Below are positions 1 through 12,859 of a DNA stretch of 64,000 nt, piece after piece. Source of the DNA: Octopus vulgaris. Lineage: Eukaryota. A program made the position numbers and the translations under genes. Location of the stretch: contig OX597814.1 of NCBI GenBank assembly GCA_951406725.2, forward strand, positions 136,400,001-136,464,000. Reading direction: 5' to 3'. Position 1 is the first letter of the stretch. The number at the start of each line of letters is the position of its first letter. The notes beneath the pieces were generated by a model. That model was not told where the DNA came from and ran no database searches. It saw only the letters and a program-made list of their open reading frames with translations.

Positions 1-618
1 CATTTTTATAAATGTATGTGTGTATGTATAACTGAAAAGAATTGGAGTCAACAAGAAGGAGTACGGTTGGACATTTATTTTCAACCACTACAATTATTTC
101 TACGCAACGCAGTTTACCAGGCGTGCAGGTTCTTGATTATGCAACCGTTTCCCAAAATTATTAGATCTGGTTGTGTTTCCTCAGGCGATATGTAAATATT
201 GACTCCGTAAGTTCAAATTCTCGGCTTCAAGAGCATCCTCTCTGTCTGTCGTGGCCTGAATCACAGTAGCAGAATCACCATGCCACTGCATCTACACATT
301 CAAAGCAGTTTGTTATCTTGACATGGCTCGAGAAGGAAATATTATTTCTTTTTTTTTTACTCAAACATGCACACATGTACCTTTCTCTCTGCCCCATATA
401 TAGGGACAGGAAGAAAGATCTACACAATTAATAAAACCTTTCCTTTTCTGTCCTACATGTCCACTCGTAGAGCAATACAAACTTGCATATTTCTTTCTTC
501 CTTTCCCTGTTTGTTTGTTTGTTTCTTTCTTTCTTTTATCTCTTTCCCTATCTCCATCTCTAAAAATAAACAAGAAACAGCTGACGTTGCATATGTGTGT
601 GTGTAAGTGTGTGTTTGA

Positions 619-657
<39 letters not shown>

Positions 658-836
658 TGTGTATGTGTGTGTGTGTGTGTGTCTACTTGTCCTTGTGTTT
701 GTACTCCACCACCAGTTGACAACCGGTGTTGGATTGTTTACGTCCCCGTAACCTAGCGGCTCGGCAAAGGAAAGCAATAGAATAAGTACTAAACGTTAAA
801 ATGAATTAGCACTGGGATCGACTTCTGTGACAAAAC

Positions 837-1425
837 CAGAGGTTCTCAACCATTTTTTACTTATGGACTCCTTTGATTCCTGTTTTACGCGGGTGGACCC
901 TCCTGGCCATTCGATGTTTTAAAAAAAATCCTATTATATTTTTAGAATCAAATATTAAGAATTGTAGTAACGCAACGAGCTGGCAGAATCGTTAATCCCT
1001 TTGTCTGTCCTTGTTTGTCCCCTCTATGTTTAGCCCCTTGTGGGCAATTAAGAAACAAGGAATAAGAATCGTTTGCACACTGGACAAAATGCTTAGCGGT
1101 ATTTCGCCCGTCGCTATGTTCTGAATTCAAATTCCGCCGAGGTCGACTTTGCCTTTCATCCTTTCGGGGTCGATAAATTAAGTACCAGGGAAACACTGGG
1201 GCCGACGTAATCGACTCGTGCCGTCCCCACAAATTTGATGCCTTGTGCCTCTAGTAGACTGGATTATTAACGATTGCAGTAAAAAGAATTGTTAAAATAT
1301 TATAGATATTGTGGAAGTATAACCAATTTATTGAGGATTACTTTTAACAACAAAATCTTTTATGGGGCTCCCAAGGTTAATATGGACTCCTAAAGGGTCA
1401 TTTGGAACCCGGTTGAGAACCACTG
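837..1425. mobile_element. hAT-like MITE containing a nested SINE
   Basis: TIRs CAGAGGTTCTCAACC (837-851) and GGTTGAGAACCACTG (1411-1425); a partial second copy starts CAGTGGTTCTCAACC at 21048. Confidence 0.8.
975..1270 (+). mobile_element. SINE family 2 copy with a short tail fragment inserted into its head
   Basis: gagctggcagaatcgtt..aaatgcttagcggtatttcg..gccgaggtcgactttgcctttcatcctttcggggtcgataaattaagtaccag; AGAATCGTT duplicated at 985-993 and 1065-1073. Confidence 0.85.
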
Positions 1426-1763
1426 GATTCAACTTTTCAAGACGGTACGCCACCATGGCATCAGTACACTGACTGAAAGAGTTAAAAGATTAAAGATACA
1501 TACAACTAGATCAAGTCAGGCAGATATAAATGGATGGAGACAGGTAGATTAATTGACATATGCTAAAGATAATCCCAAGTATACGTATTTATTACCCCTT
1601 GGGGTGCTTTATATATTTTTTATTGTTCATGTGATAGCTCTGCGTAGATAGAAAACGAGATAATTTAGGAAAAAATTAAGAAAATGTCTGCTAAGTTTGC
1701 TCGTTGAGTCATAAACATGTCAAAACACTCATGCTTTGGCATCCACCTATACTATGCACATAA

Positions 1764-3066
<1,303 letters not shown>

Positions 3067-3286
3067 GTGTAAAGGTACACCTTCATAAGCAGCACCCCAG
3101 CATTTGAAGCAGAGAGTGAGTGTTTGTGGGTGTTAACTACGTAGTTAACATGTATTCGAACGTGTGAGTCTGAGACTGTATATATATCTAAGCATCCATA
3201 TCATTGAACTGGTCAGCATTGGTTTCAAGAAGAAATCTATTAGAAAACGACGATAAGTATGAAAAAAAAAAGGGATTGAGAGAAAA

Positions 3287-4170
3287 TATTGTGTTGGCAA
3301 CTAAGTTTGCGCCGTTTTTTTCTTAATTTTAATTTTTGAAAGGTTTAATTAAAAATAACTACTAATTAATCAATAATGTATTCACCGTTGTTTACAACTT
3401 CTTCCCAACGTTCAACAAGATTTTCAATACCTCGTTGGTAGAAATCACCCGATTTCGACTTGAAAAATTGATTCAGCCAAGCTCTCAATTCTGCATCAAT
3501 ATTGAACGAAACTCCGCACATAGCATTTGAAAGAAATCGAAGGAGGTGGAAATCCGTTGGTGCCAAATCAGGAGAGTACGGTGAGTGTGGCAGCACTTCC
3601 CAGCCATACGTTTGAATGGCTTCCTTGCTCATATTGGCGATATGAAAGCGGGCGTTGTCGTGCAGCAGAAGAACTCCATGCTGCCGATTAGGTTCTTTCT
3701 CTTGAATAGCAGTGTTGAGTCGCTCCATTTGTTGAACAGAGTTCCGCGTTGACCGTTTGGTTCCGTTCAAGCAATTCGTAATGGATAATTCCTTCCCAGT
3801 CCCACCATACGCACGACATCGTTTTAAGCGGATGAAGATCTTGTTTCGCGCGCGGTGTCGCTTGTTTACCGGGGCTAAGCCATTCCTTACGCTTCTTCAT
3901 ATTGATATACAGGCACCTTCTTTCGTTGCCAGTAAGGATTCGGGAATGAAATCGTTGTTTGTGTCCATGAGTTGAGCGGTGACGAGCAAGCAAACCAGCG
4001 GAGATTGGAACTCGATTTTTGTTGTTGTCACTTAAAGCATGCGGAAATTACGCTCCATACTTCTGAACCTTTCCCATCGAGTGAAGATGCTTCTCTATAG
4101 CAGCGTGGGAGCATTCCATTTTCTCTGTTAGTTCCCTTGTCGTTTCACGAGAATTTTCGTGCAAAAGTTG
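3287..4170 (-). mobile_element. mariner (DD34D) transposon remnant with frameshifted transposase
   Basis: ORF pieces carry HDNARFH, YSPDLAPTDFHL, WWDWEGIIHYELL and the HTH-like TTRELTEKMECSH; TIR-like end near 3287. Confidence 0.92.
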
Positions 4171-4544
4171 GTTTTGGAGGTGCGAAAAAAATAGATTCCA
4201 AAATTTAAAAAAATAGAGATTCGAAATTTTAAGATTAAATCTTAAAATCTTCAGACGATGAAATTCATCCGCTCTCCAAAATTTGTTATATGTATATAAT
4301 CCAACTGCAACTAATGGGTAAGTCATAGGGGTTAGAGTTAGAAATTAGGGTAGGGTTAGAGCAAAGGGCCCGGATGTAGGGTACGGTTTAAGGAGCAGGG
4401 TTTAGGTGTTGTGTTAGGGTTAAGTTTATGGCTTACAGTGCGTCACTTTCATTGTTAATGCTAATTTTTTCTTTCATTTTCTTTCATTGAATATCTTCAC
4501 CTCTAGACGTTATTATTAACATTTACATAATTGGTTACTCAAAA

Positions 4545-6880
4545 AGGGCGGTGAACTCGCAGAATCGTTAGCACACCAGACAGGATGTTTAGCGGCATTT
4601 CTTTCGGTTTTCCGTTCTACGTTTAAATTGTGCCGAGGTTGACTTTGCCTTCCATTATTTTGGAGATCGATAAAATAAGTACCAGCTGAGCACCGGAGAC
4701 AATGTAATCGAGTTACCTACATCCTCCGAAATTGCTCTCCTCGTACCAAAATTTGAAACCATTATTCTTATTACTACTATTAAGGCAACGTACAGGCAGA
4801 ATCGGTACGGTGTCGGACAAAATGCTTAGCGGCATTTCTTCCAGTTTTACGTTCTGAGTTTAAATCCTGCCAAGGTTGATTCGGCCTTTTATCCTTTCGA
4901 ATTTGATAAATTAAATATCAGTCAAGCACTGGGGTCGATGTAATCGACTAATCCCTTTCCTCAAAATTTGCAGCTTTACGCCTCATAAAAAAAATTATTA
5001 AATTCTCAAAAATATGACAAATTGTTGAGATTGTTGCAGTGTTGCTTTTCGGAAAAAGTAGAATAAAAAAAAGAAGAAGAAAAATGCAGAAACTGAAAAT
5101 AGCAATTTGCATATCGTCGTGACAACGTATAGAGAACGAATGGATCAGATGGGCTAAAGTTACAAAAATTTTCACTCTATAACACATTGTAACTTTTGTT
5201 TTTATTCTTAATACCTCAACAAAGCCGGCAAGCTGGCAGAAACGTTAGCGCGTCGGGCGAAATGCTTTGTGGTATTTCGTCCGCCGTTACGTTCTGAGTT
5301 CAAATTTCGCCGAAGTTGACTTTGCCTTTCCTCCTTTCGGGGTCGATAAATTAAGTACCAATTACGCACTGGGGCCGATGTAATCGACTTAATCCGTTTG
5401 TCTGTCCTTGTTTGTCCCCTCTATGTCTAGCCCCTTGTGAGCAATAAAGAAATAAGAAATGTTAGCGCGCCGGGCGAAATGCTTAACGATATTTCGTCTG
5501 CCGTTCTGAGTTCAAATTCCGCCGAGGTCGACTTTGCTTTTCATCCTTTCGGGGCGAAAAATTAAGTAACAATTACGCACTGGGGTCGATGTAATCGACT
5601 TAATCCCTTTGTTTGTCCTTGTTTGTCCCCTTGTGAGTAATAAAGAAATAAGAAACGTTAGCCCACCGGATGAAATACTTAGCGGTATTTCGTCTGTTTT
5701 TACGTTCTGAATTCAAATTCCCCCGAGGTCGATTTTACTTTCCATCCTTTCGGGGTCGATAAATTAAGTACCAGCTACGTACTGGGGTCAATCTAATCTA
5801 CTGGCTCCCTACCTCAAAAATTCGGGCCTTGTGCCTAGAGTAGAAAAGAATCGCTAGCACGCTGCGCAAGACGCTTAGCGGCATTTCGTCTGTCATTACG
5901 TTCTGAGTTCAAATTCCGCCGATGTCGACTTAGCATTTCATCCTTTCGAAGTCGATAAAATAAGTACCAGTTGAATACTGGGGTCGCCCGAAATTTCATG
6001 ATTATTCGTTTTTAATCTAGACACAAGGCCCGAAATTTTGGGGTAGGGGGCCAGTCGATTAGATCAACCCCGGTACACAACTGATACTTAATTTATCGAC
6101 CCCGAAAGGATGAAAGGTAAAGTCGATCTCGGCGGAATTTGAACTCAGAACGTAAAGGCAGACGAAATACCTATTTCTTTACTGCCCACAAGGGGCTACA
6201 CACAGAGAGGACAAACAAAGACAGACAAACGGATTAAGTCGATTATATCAACCCCAGTGCGTAACTGGTACTTATTTAATCGACCCCGAAATGATGAAAG
6301 GCAAAGTCAACCTTGGCGGAATTTGAACTCAGAACGTGGCGGCAGTCGAAATACTGCTAAGCATTTCGCCCGGCTTGCTTACGTTTGTCCTAGCTCGCCG
6401 CCTTATAGAAGAAATGATTATTATTACCTCAACAAAGCTGGCGCACTGGCAGAGTCATTAGCACGTAAAACAAAATGCTTTGGGTATTTTTTCTGGCTTT
6501 ACGTTTTGAGTACAAATTCCGTTAAGGACAACTTTACTTTTCATTCGTCAATAAAATAAATACTAGCTGAGCCGTGATGGTGGTGGTGGTGGGGGGCGTG
6601 AGGCCGATGTAATCAACCAGACCTATAGCAGAAAGGCTTATGTGCCAACAAAAGCGGCAAGCTGATAGAATCATTAGCACGTCGGACCAAATGCTTTCTT
6701 CCGGCTTTACGTTCGGAGTTCAAATTCTGCCGAGGTCGACTTGTCTTTTTATCGTTTCGGTGTCGATAGAATACGTACCAATTGAGCATGTAATCATCTA
6801 GGCCCTTCCCTCAAAATCATATAATCATCTAGCCCTTTCCCTCAAAATTTTAGGCCTTGTGTCTATAGCAGAGTGAATTT
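4545..6880. mobile_element. Cluster of about ten SINE family 2 units (+ strand, with 6018-6405 on -)
   Basis: Recurrent ~200-230 bp unit gcagaa(a/t)cgttagc..ttctgagttcaaattccgccgaggtcgactttgcctttcatcctttcggggtcgataaa..gtaccag. Confidence 0.9.
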
Positions 6881-6913
6881 TTATTAATGTCTCGAAAAAT
6901 AAAAGATAAATAA

Positions 6914-6974
6914 CTAGTGGTTAAGATTCCTGGTTCTCACCCAGATGGCCCAGGTCCGATTCCCGGCGGAGGAA
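6914..6974 (+). pseudogene. 5'-truncated tRNA-Glu(CTC) pseudogene
   Basis: CTAGTGGTTAAGATT CCTGG-TT-CTC-AC-CCAGA ..GGTCCGATTCCCGG..GGAA; 5' acceptor strand absent; mismatches in T arm and anticodon stem. Confidence 0.8.
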
Positions 6975-6985
6975 CTGGTTAACGA

Positions 6986-8005
6986 GGCGCAGGCATGGCT
7001 AGGTTAGTTAGTTAGTTAGTTAATTTGGCTCAAAAGCAAATAGCAAGGCCATGTAGGGGGACATGGAGTTAAGTACAGGGTGGTGTTCATGTAAAGAGTT
7101 CCACGGATCCGCAACCCGGACGGAGAAAGCTCCTCTCCTTCGATTGAGATGAAATCGTCGCAGGTAGAGCTTTTCGGAATGACCCCGCAGCCGACGCTCT
7201 GGAGCAGGAGTGAAGAACAGCTCTTTCGAGAGGTTACACTTTCCGCTTATGATGTTGTGGGCGAGAATGAGATCACCACGGCGGCGGCGTTTTTCAAGAG
7301 AATAAAGGTCGAGCGTCCTCAGCCTTTCTTCGTAGGACAAATTTTTGAGACCATGAACCATGCGGGTAGCCAGCTTCTGGACTCTTTCGAGATGCTGTAT
7401 GTCTTTGAGGAGATAAGGAGAAGAGGCTTGAATCCCATACTCCAATATGGGTCTCACCAGCGTGGCATAGAGTGGTAGGAATATGGCTGCTGTGAGCATT
7501 CCGAATGACCGTCGAATCAAGAACAGAATTCCGCGTGCTTTGTTGGCAGCATGGACGCACTGGGCCGAAGGCGAAAAGGAGGAATCCACCAAGATACCTA
7601 ATAAGGTACCTAATAGGTAATAAGAAGCTTGCTTTCCAACCACATGGTTCCGGGTTCAGTCCCACTGCGTGGCACCTTGTGTTAGTGTCTTCTATTGTGA
7701 GTGGATTTGATAGACGGAAACTGAAAGGGGCTCACCGTATGTCTATCTATATTTGTGGGTATATATTAATGTCTGTGTGCCTTTGTGTTTGTCACCCCGC
7801 TCCATCGCTTGACAACCGATGCTGGCGTGTTTACGTCTCCGTAATTTAGCAGTTCAGCAAAAGAGACCGATAGTAAAAGCACTGTGCTTACAAAGAATAA
7901 GTCCTGGGATCAATTTCTCCGGTCAAAAAACCCTTTAAAGCGGTGCTCCAACATGGTCGCAGTCAAATAACCGAAACAAGTGAAAGAATAGAAAAAATAA
8001 AAGAA
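6986..8005 (+). mobile_element. SINE family 1 split by a CR1-type LINE
   Basis: Head ggcgcaggcatggct at 6986-7000; continuation ggtaataagaagcttgctttccaaccacatgg from ~7616. Confidence 0.8.
7001..7600 (-). mobile_element. CR1/L2-type LINE 3' fragment
   Basis: LYATLVRPILEYG..LERVQKLATRMV..LSYEERL..SLEKRRRRGDLI; (TAAC)n 3' tail at 7002-7022. Confidence 0.9.
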
Positions 8006-8643
8006 GTAAATAAAAATGTAATTATTGTAAAACTACACTTGTCTAGAAATTTCCATTGAAATAGAATACTGTGTGCCAGACAGAAAATATTTTACAACGT
8101 TTGAAAAAAAAAAGAGATTTGTCACGAAATGAATGTCTTTTGAATACAAGTCTGCTTGATTAGAGTAGATCTGCGTTTAAAGAACAACAAATTCGCCGAA
8201 ATATAATTTTTGGCTTCACTTTTACATAAGATGTTGGAGAATTAAGTAAAGCCTCTTCTCCGAAGATTCCTGATAATAATTGTTGGTCAATCGCAATCGC
8301 AAACGTTCCACAAATGTACATCAAACGTCGACTTTTCTTATTCGATGAGAAGTCTATTTGCATTCAAATTTTTATCACTGTTCTTCCATCTTAAGTAAAT
8401 TACATTTCAATCAGTACAAGAAAGTTTCGCAAAATAAATGCGTCTTCATGTTATTGTTGTTGTTATTGTCGTTAAGCCTAAGTCAGCGCTGATTAAGCAG
8501 TACCTGCAATGAAAATCGTTCAAACTGTAACTACCTCGGTTTTATATTTAGACAGTGTTCAACATGTTTTTAACACTTCAAGACACTGGAGTGTGGTTTT
8601 GAGAGATATTTGGCTGCTATTTCTAGCAGATCAGGCTGCTATA

Positions 8644-9045
8644 GGCGCAGGAGTGGCTGTGTGGTAAGTAGCTTGCTAACCAACCACATGGTTCCGGGTT
8701 CAGCACCTTGGGCAAGTGTCTTCTGCTATAGCCCCGGGCTGACCAATGCCTTGTGAGTGGATTTGGTTGACGGAAACTGAAAGAAGCCCGTCGTATATAT
8801 GTATATATATATATGTGTATGCGTGTATGTTTGTGTGTCTGTGTTTGTCCCCCTAGCATTGCTTGACAACCGATGCTGGTGTGTTTACGTCCCCGTTACT
8901 TAGCGGTTCGGCAAAAGAGACCGATAGAATAAGTACTGGGCTTACAAAAGAATAAGTCCCGGGGTCGAGTTGCTCGATTAAAGGCGGTGCTCCAGCATGG
9001 CCGCAGTCAAATGACTGAAACAAGTAAAACAGTAAAACAGTAAAG
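8644..9045 (+). mobile_element. tRNA-derived SINE family 1, near full length
   Basis: ggcgcaggagtggctgtgtggtaag..ggttccgggttc head; tail ..tgactgaaacaagtaaaacagtaaaacagtaaa. Further copies at 27120-27338 and 44541-44870. Confidence 0.9.
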
Positions 9046-9602
9046 AGATCAAGCAACCGCGTGGAAGATCCTCCCTTGGTTCGTGAGGCAGTTTAGATGG
9101 AGGAATCTAGCTGGAAGATTGGAATTTTAGTTGAATCTTCGACAAATAATATAAAGGTTGTGGAGTTTGATATGAGCTTTAAAATAAACAACTGACAAAC
9201 TAAATATGGAATACAAAGAAAAGAATTTAAATGATAATTGGAATACCACGGGACACTGTAGATTAGATACACATCACGGTAAGATGTTATAAACAATTTT
9301 TTACAATACTGAGGTACAATGACAGTGTTAAAACAGCAAGTAAACTCACAACCGAGAGAGTAAAAGTGAAAAGTTTGACCTAGTTTTCGGAATGTGAGGT
9401 GCAGCTGAACAAGCCATTAGGGTGCCAGATGTTTATGTTCTGTCACAAGCGACCTGCAGTGAACCTGTCTAAGACACTTAGTTTTCTTTGGATTAACTCA
9501 TCTTGCTGTAAACAGATATTATAAGTAAAACGAGGTAAACATATCATTGGCATTGTTTTTATCTTCGCACCCCACATTTTGAATACTTCAATTTCGAGGT
9601 TT

Positions 9603-10031
9603 GGATCTTTTTCGGCTTGAACGGCAGTTTTTTAAAATAATTTCCACGTAACTAAACACTTTTAAACTTCGTATACTGGTAGATTGTGTTTATAAAACAT
9701 CTTTTTCTCTTGACTTTATTGAGAAAATTCTATAGTTTGTAAGATATTTGTTGTTTTTTTTTGTTTCTTCAATTTCTGCAATTTCAACCAATCAATGACG
9801 TCTATTGAGGTGAAAACATTCTGTGCCGTATGAATATGTCCCTCGTTTAAGAAACAGATTGGGTTTATTTACATTTCTGAAGAAAAAACGATACCCTTCC
9901 CCCCACCCCTAACCCTAACCCTAACCCTAAAACAGATTGAAATGCAATAGATCGATACTAGGGTCATAATTATGGGTGACAATTTCATATGACACCGCTA
10001 GAAAAAAACTGCTGTTCAAACCAAAAGATCC
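9603..10031. mobile_element. Non-autonomous DNA transposon with ~30-bp TIRs, probable 8-bp TSD and internal (CCCTAA)4
   Basis: GGATCTTTTTCGGCTTGAACGGCAGTTTTTT and AAAAAAACTGCTGTTCAAACCAAAAGATCC; flanks CGAGGTTT and CCAGGTTT; CCCTAA x4 at 9907-9930. Confidence 0.82.
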
Positions 10032-10179
10032 CCAGGTTTTTATACTTTGACAATTTCTCCATTCCTTTTTTGGCAAAATTTTGACCAGAAGGGACTGAAA
10101 TATCTACCAGTAAGCAGATGTTTTTCCCCAATCCTTGACTATTATGTTGGGGCAATTATTATTATTTTTTTCTTTGTCG

Positions 10180-10960
10180 GTTTGAACCGGCACATCCCAG
10201 ATGATTGTGGTCTGATCGTTGTCTTGTACCTTACTTGGCTTATATCACCTGTTGTCAGTTTTGGTGTTGTAATGTTGGCATATTGCCCAGTGGATATACC
10301 TGCATACTTTGTCGTGTATATATATATATATATATATTCAGACTTGGCTAAGATTGGGCAGCCCGAGATGATATGGTCAACTGTCATATTGTGCTGATTG
10401 CATATTCTGCATTTGGTGTTGAGGCTTGTTTTCATTATTTTGCTTTTATAATTTTTTGTAGTCAGGCCTTGGTCTTCTGCAGCGGGAATCAGTCCTTCTT
10501 TTGCAGTTTTTAGTCCAGAGCTTTTGAGCCATTGTTGGCTTTTATTTAGGCTCACTTCCTTTCTGTCAGGCATTTCAGGGTATTGGCCATGAAGTGATTT
10601 TTCTCTCCATTTCTTGAGTATCTTTTGTATTTCAGTTTTCATGTTGTTTTTATCTCTTTGAATGTTTCTGCTATGTTGTCATCTTAGGTCAGTGTGCCAG
10701 TGTAGTTTGTTTCTGTTTTGTATTTTATCGCCTTCTTGTGTATAGAGAAAAGCGTTTTCTTTTTCTCGTGTTGCTTTACAATATGTAAAGCAAAGAGTCT
10801 TCCACTATTTGTGTCTGAGTACTTTGCTAGTCCAACTGTTATTTAATTCTCTATCTGTAACAGGCCACGGCCTCCTTCTAAGCGGGAGTAGATATATTCT
10901 GTCTACGTCTGCTTTGGGGTGGTGACTTCTGTTTTTTTCTGGTTTTTCTATCTAGGTTTC
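10180..10960 (-). mobile_element. R4/Dong-type non-LTR fragment
   Basis: WREKSLHGQY..SQQWLKSSGLK..CRICNQHNMTVDHIISGCP (CCHC knuckle), homologous to 36049-36918. Confidence 0.88.
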
Positions 10961-10964
10961 TCAT

Positions 10965-11400
10965 TAGATGGTGGACAAGGCTGAAAGGCATGAGGACAGA
11001 TACATTCCTCTTTGGTAGAGCTCTCATTAACTTATTCAAGTTTCACTCGAAAAGAAAATTGAGGGTGGAGAGGGAAGTGCTGTCCTCGAGTAAGTTTACT
11101 GAAAGTTGGGTGAAAGTTGCGAAAATGATAAGAGTGGATAGTACCTTTCAAAGTGTAGACCTGTGAGTCGGAGAGAAGGAGTTGAAGACGGCATTTGGTC
11201 TTGGGGTTTCAGGGAAATTTCGGACAGTGTGGTTCCTCGAATATCTCTAGAGGCATTTCTGTATCAGGAGGGCCACATCACAATCATCCTTCCCGCCACT
11301 CTTTTTTTAAACCTTTGTATGCTATACATTTCTGTCATTTCTTTTTCAGTGTATATCATGTATAATTAATTTCTTTCCTTTTTTTATCATTTCATTATGT
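10965..11400 (+). mobile_element. L1/Tx1-type LINE 3' fragment
   Basis: Translates WWTRLKGMRTDTFLFGRALINLFKFHSKRKLRVEREVLS, homologous to the C-terminus of 46860-47471. Confidence 0.8.
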
Positions 11401-11754
11401 GTATGGGTGAGAGCCAACAGCATTAGCTCGATGGTGCGCATGTACGTGTTTTCAAGGATGTGTGTACGTATGCTATCAGCTATATGTGTATGTCTGCTAT
11501 CACGCGTGCACAAATATATGTGTGTATGCATTAGTTATGTATATCAGCTGAGTGTGTATCAGTTGTATGTGTGTGTGTACAAATACGTGTGCGTTAGCGC
11601 CTGCTGTATATGCGAGTATGTAGGATGCATGTATGGGTGTGAATGCATAAGGATGTTTGGTGAACGTTAGTATGTACATTCTTGCATTTATTTCTGTACG
11701 TATGTATATGCGCATATTTGTCTGATAAAAACATGTTTGCGTGCATGGGTATGA

Positions 11755-11802
<48 letters not shown>

Positions 11803-11807
<5 letters not shown>

Positions 11808-11985
11808 TAATCTAAACAAGAAAACACAAAAAAACACAACAACGCGAGGACGTGGAACAAATATAGTATTATTGGACGCTCAGGAAAGAAGGAAAGAAGG
11901 AGGGTTTAACGTTTCGAGCGGAGCTCTTCGTCGGAAACATAGGAGAAGGAAAGATCCAGAGAAGGGAAGACAGGAAAAAAATCGA
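11803..11985 (-). mobile_element. Short hammerhead-bearing element between (TA)n tracts; second copy 59448-59650
   Basis: Copies share gttaatc.aaaca..gaggacgtggaa..tattggacgctcaggaaag..taacgtt.cgagcggagctcttcgtc.gaaa. Confidence 0.8.
11904..11938 (-). ncRNA. Minimal type-I hammerhead motif (U4C core variant)
   Basis: Minus strand GTTT CCGACGA A GAGC-tcc-GCTC GAAA CG TT AAAC. Confidence 0.65.
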
Positions 11986-12329
11986 TATATATATATATAT
12001 ATGCATGTATGAATTTTTTTTTTATATTTATGTGTGCGACCATGACTGGTGTATGCTAGCGTGGTTGCTTCTAGGGCGGGTGTAGGCGTTAGATTGAGGT
12101 TTGGTATTGTTGGGAAGTGAAAGAAAGAGAAGAAAAGCGCACGTGGATAGATATGTACGTGTGTGTGTGTGCGTGCGCACCTACATATATGGAGGCGAAC
12201 GCAGGCAGTCACAGAGAATGCATAAGGTTGGAAGTTCAACTTCTGATCTGCGTAGACATCGGTATAGGAATCCTGTTCTTTGTTCTGGGGCAGCAAGTAT
12301 TGAGATGAAGCCAATATTAACGTGGTATA

Positions 12330-12790
12330 TCTGGGTTTTCAGTGGTCTGTGGTTTGAAGTTCATCAAGAGGGTCTACTTCTGGTGGTAGTAATAAGGCAG
12401 TTCGTATTTCCTGTTGATAGACAGGTTGGTAGAGAATATGCAGACTTTCGCAGAGATAGAGCTGGGTGCATCCCTGTGGATGATGGTTCATTTTATGTTG
12501 GGAATTTCATTCCCGAGGTTACTAAGTCTCCAGATGAAACGAGACAAATAGATGGAATTCCCTCTGCATCTAAATGAATGTTTATGCTTTGTATATATTC
12601 CTTTCAAGTCATTAGCCATCACGCCTGCGTAGTACCTTGTGGTGACATCGGATGGCATTAGAGTAGCTCTGTAGAGTTTATCCCCTGAATGGCAGAATCC
12701 TCCTACTGAGCAGTTGATGGGCTTTCAACAATTAGAGTCTAGAGTTGGAGATTGAGCAGGTGCATATTTGCGTCTGAAGTTGCGTGTTTA
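12330..12790 (-). pseudogene. Penelope-like element GIY-YIG endonuclease relic
   Basis: Manual translation NC*KPINCSVGGFCHSGDKLYRATL..YYAG..KGIYTKHKHSFR..LSRFIWRL..IK*TI, then L.L.E..HIL and INRKYEL in shifted frames. Confidence 0.75.
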
Positions 12791-12859
12791 GAAATAACAC
12801 CCATATCTCTCTCAAATCATACTGTGCCGTCTTAAAATGGGAATAACATGTTGGATAAT

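Larger units (their letters stand above)
681..1495 (+). mobile_element. tRNA-derived SINE family 1, 3' half, interrupted by a hAT-like MITE
   Basis: Matches the 3' half of the copy at 8644-9045 (ttgacaaccg..tttacgtccccgtaac..aataagtact); resumes after 1426 with ..catggc..tgactgaaa. Confidence 0.8.

Noticed and set aside
4545-6880. Regularly repeated units suggesting a CRISPR-like array
   Set aside because: Units are ~200-bp SINE copies without unique spacers, in a eukaryotic context with no cas genes.
8160-8363. 67-aa non-repetitive ORF
   Set aside because: No recognisable domain and no convincing splice sites.
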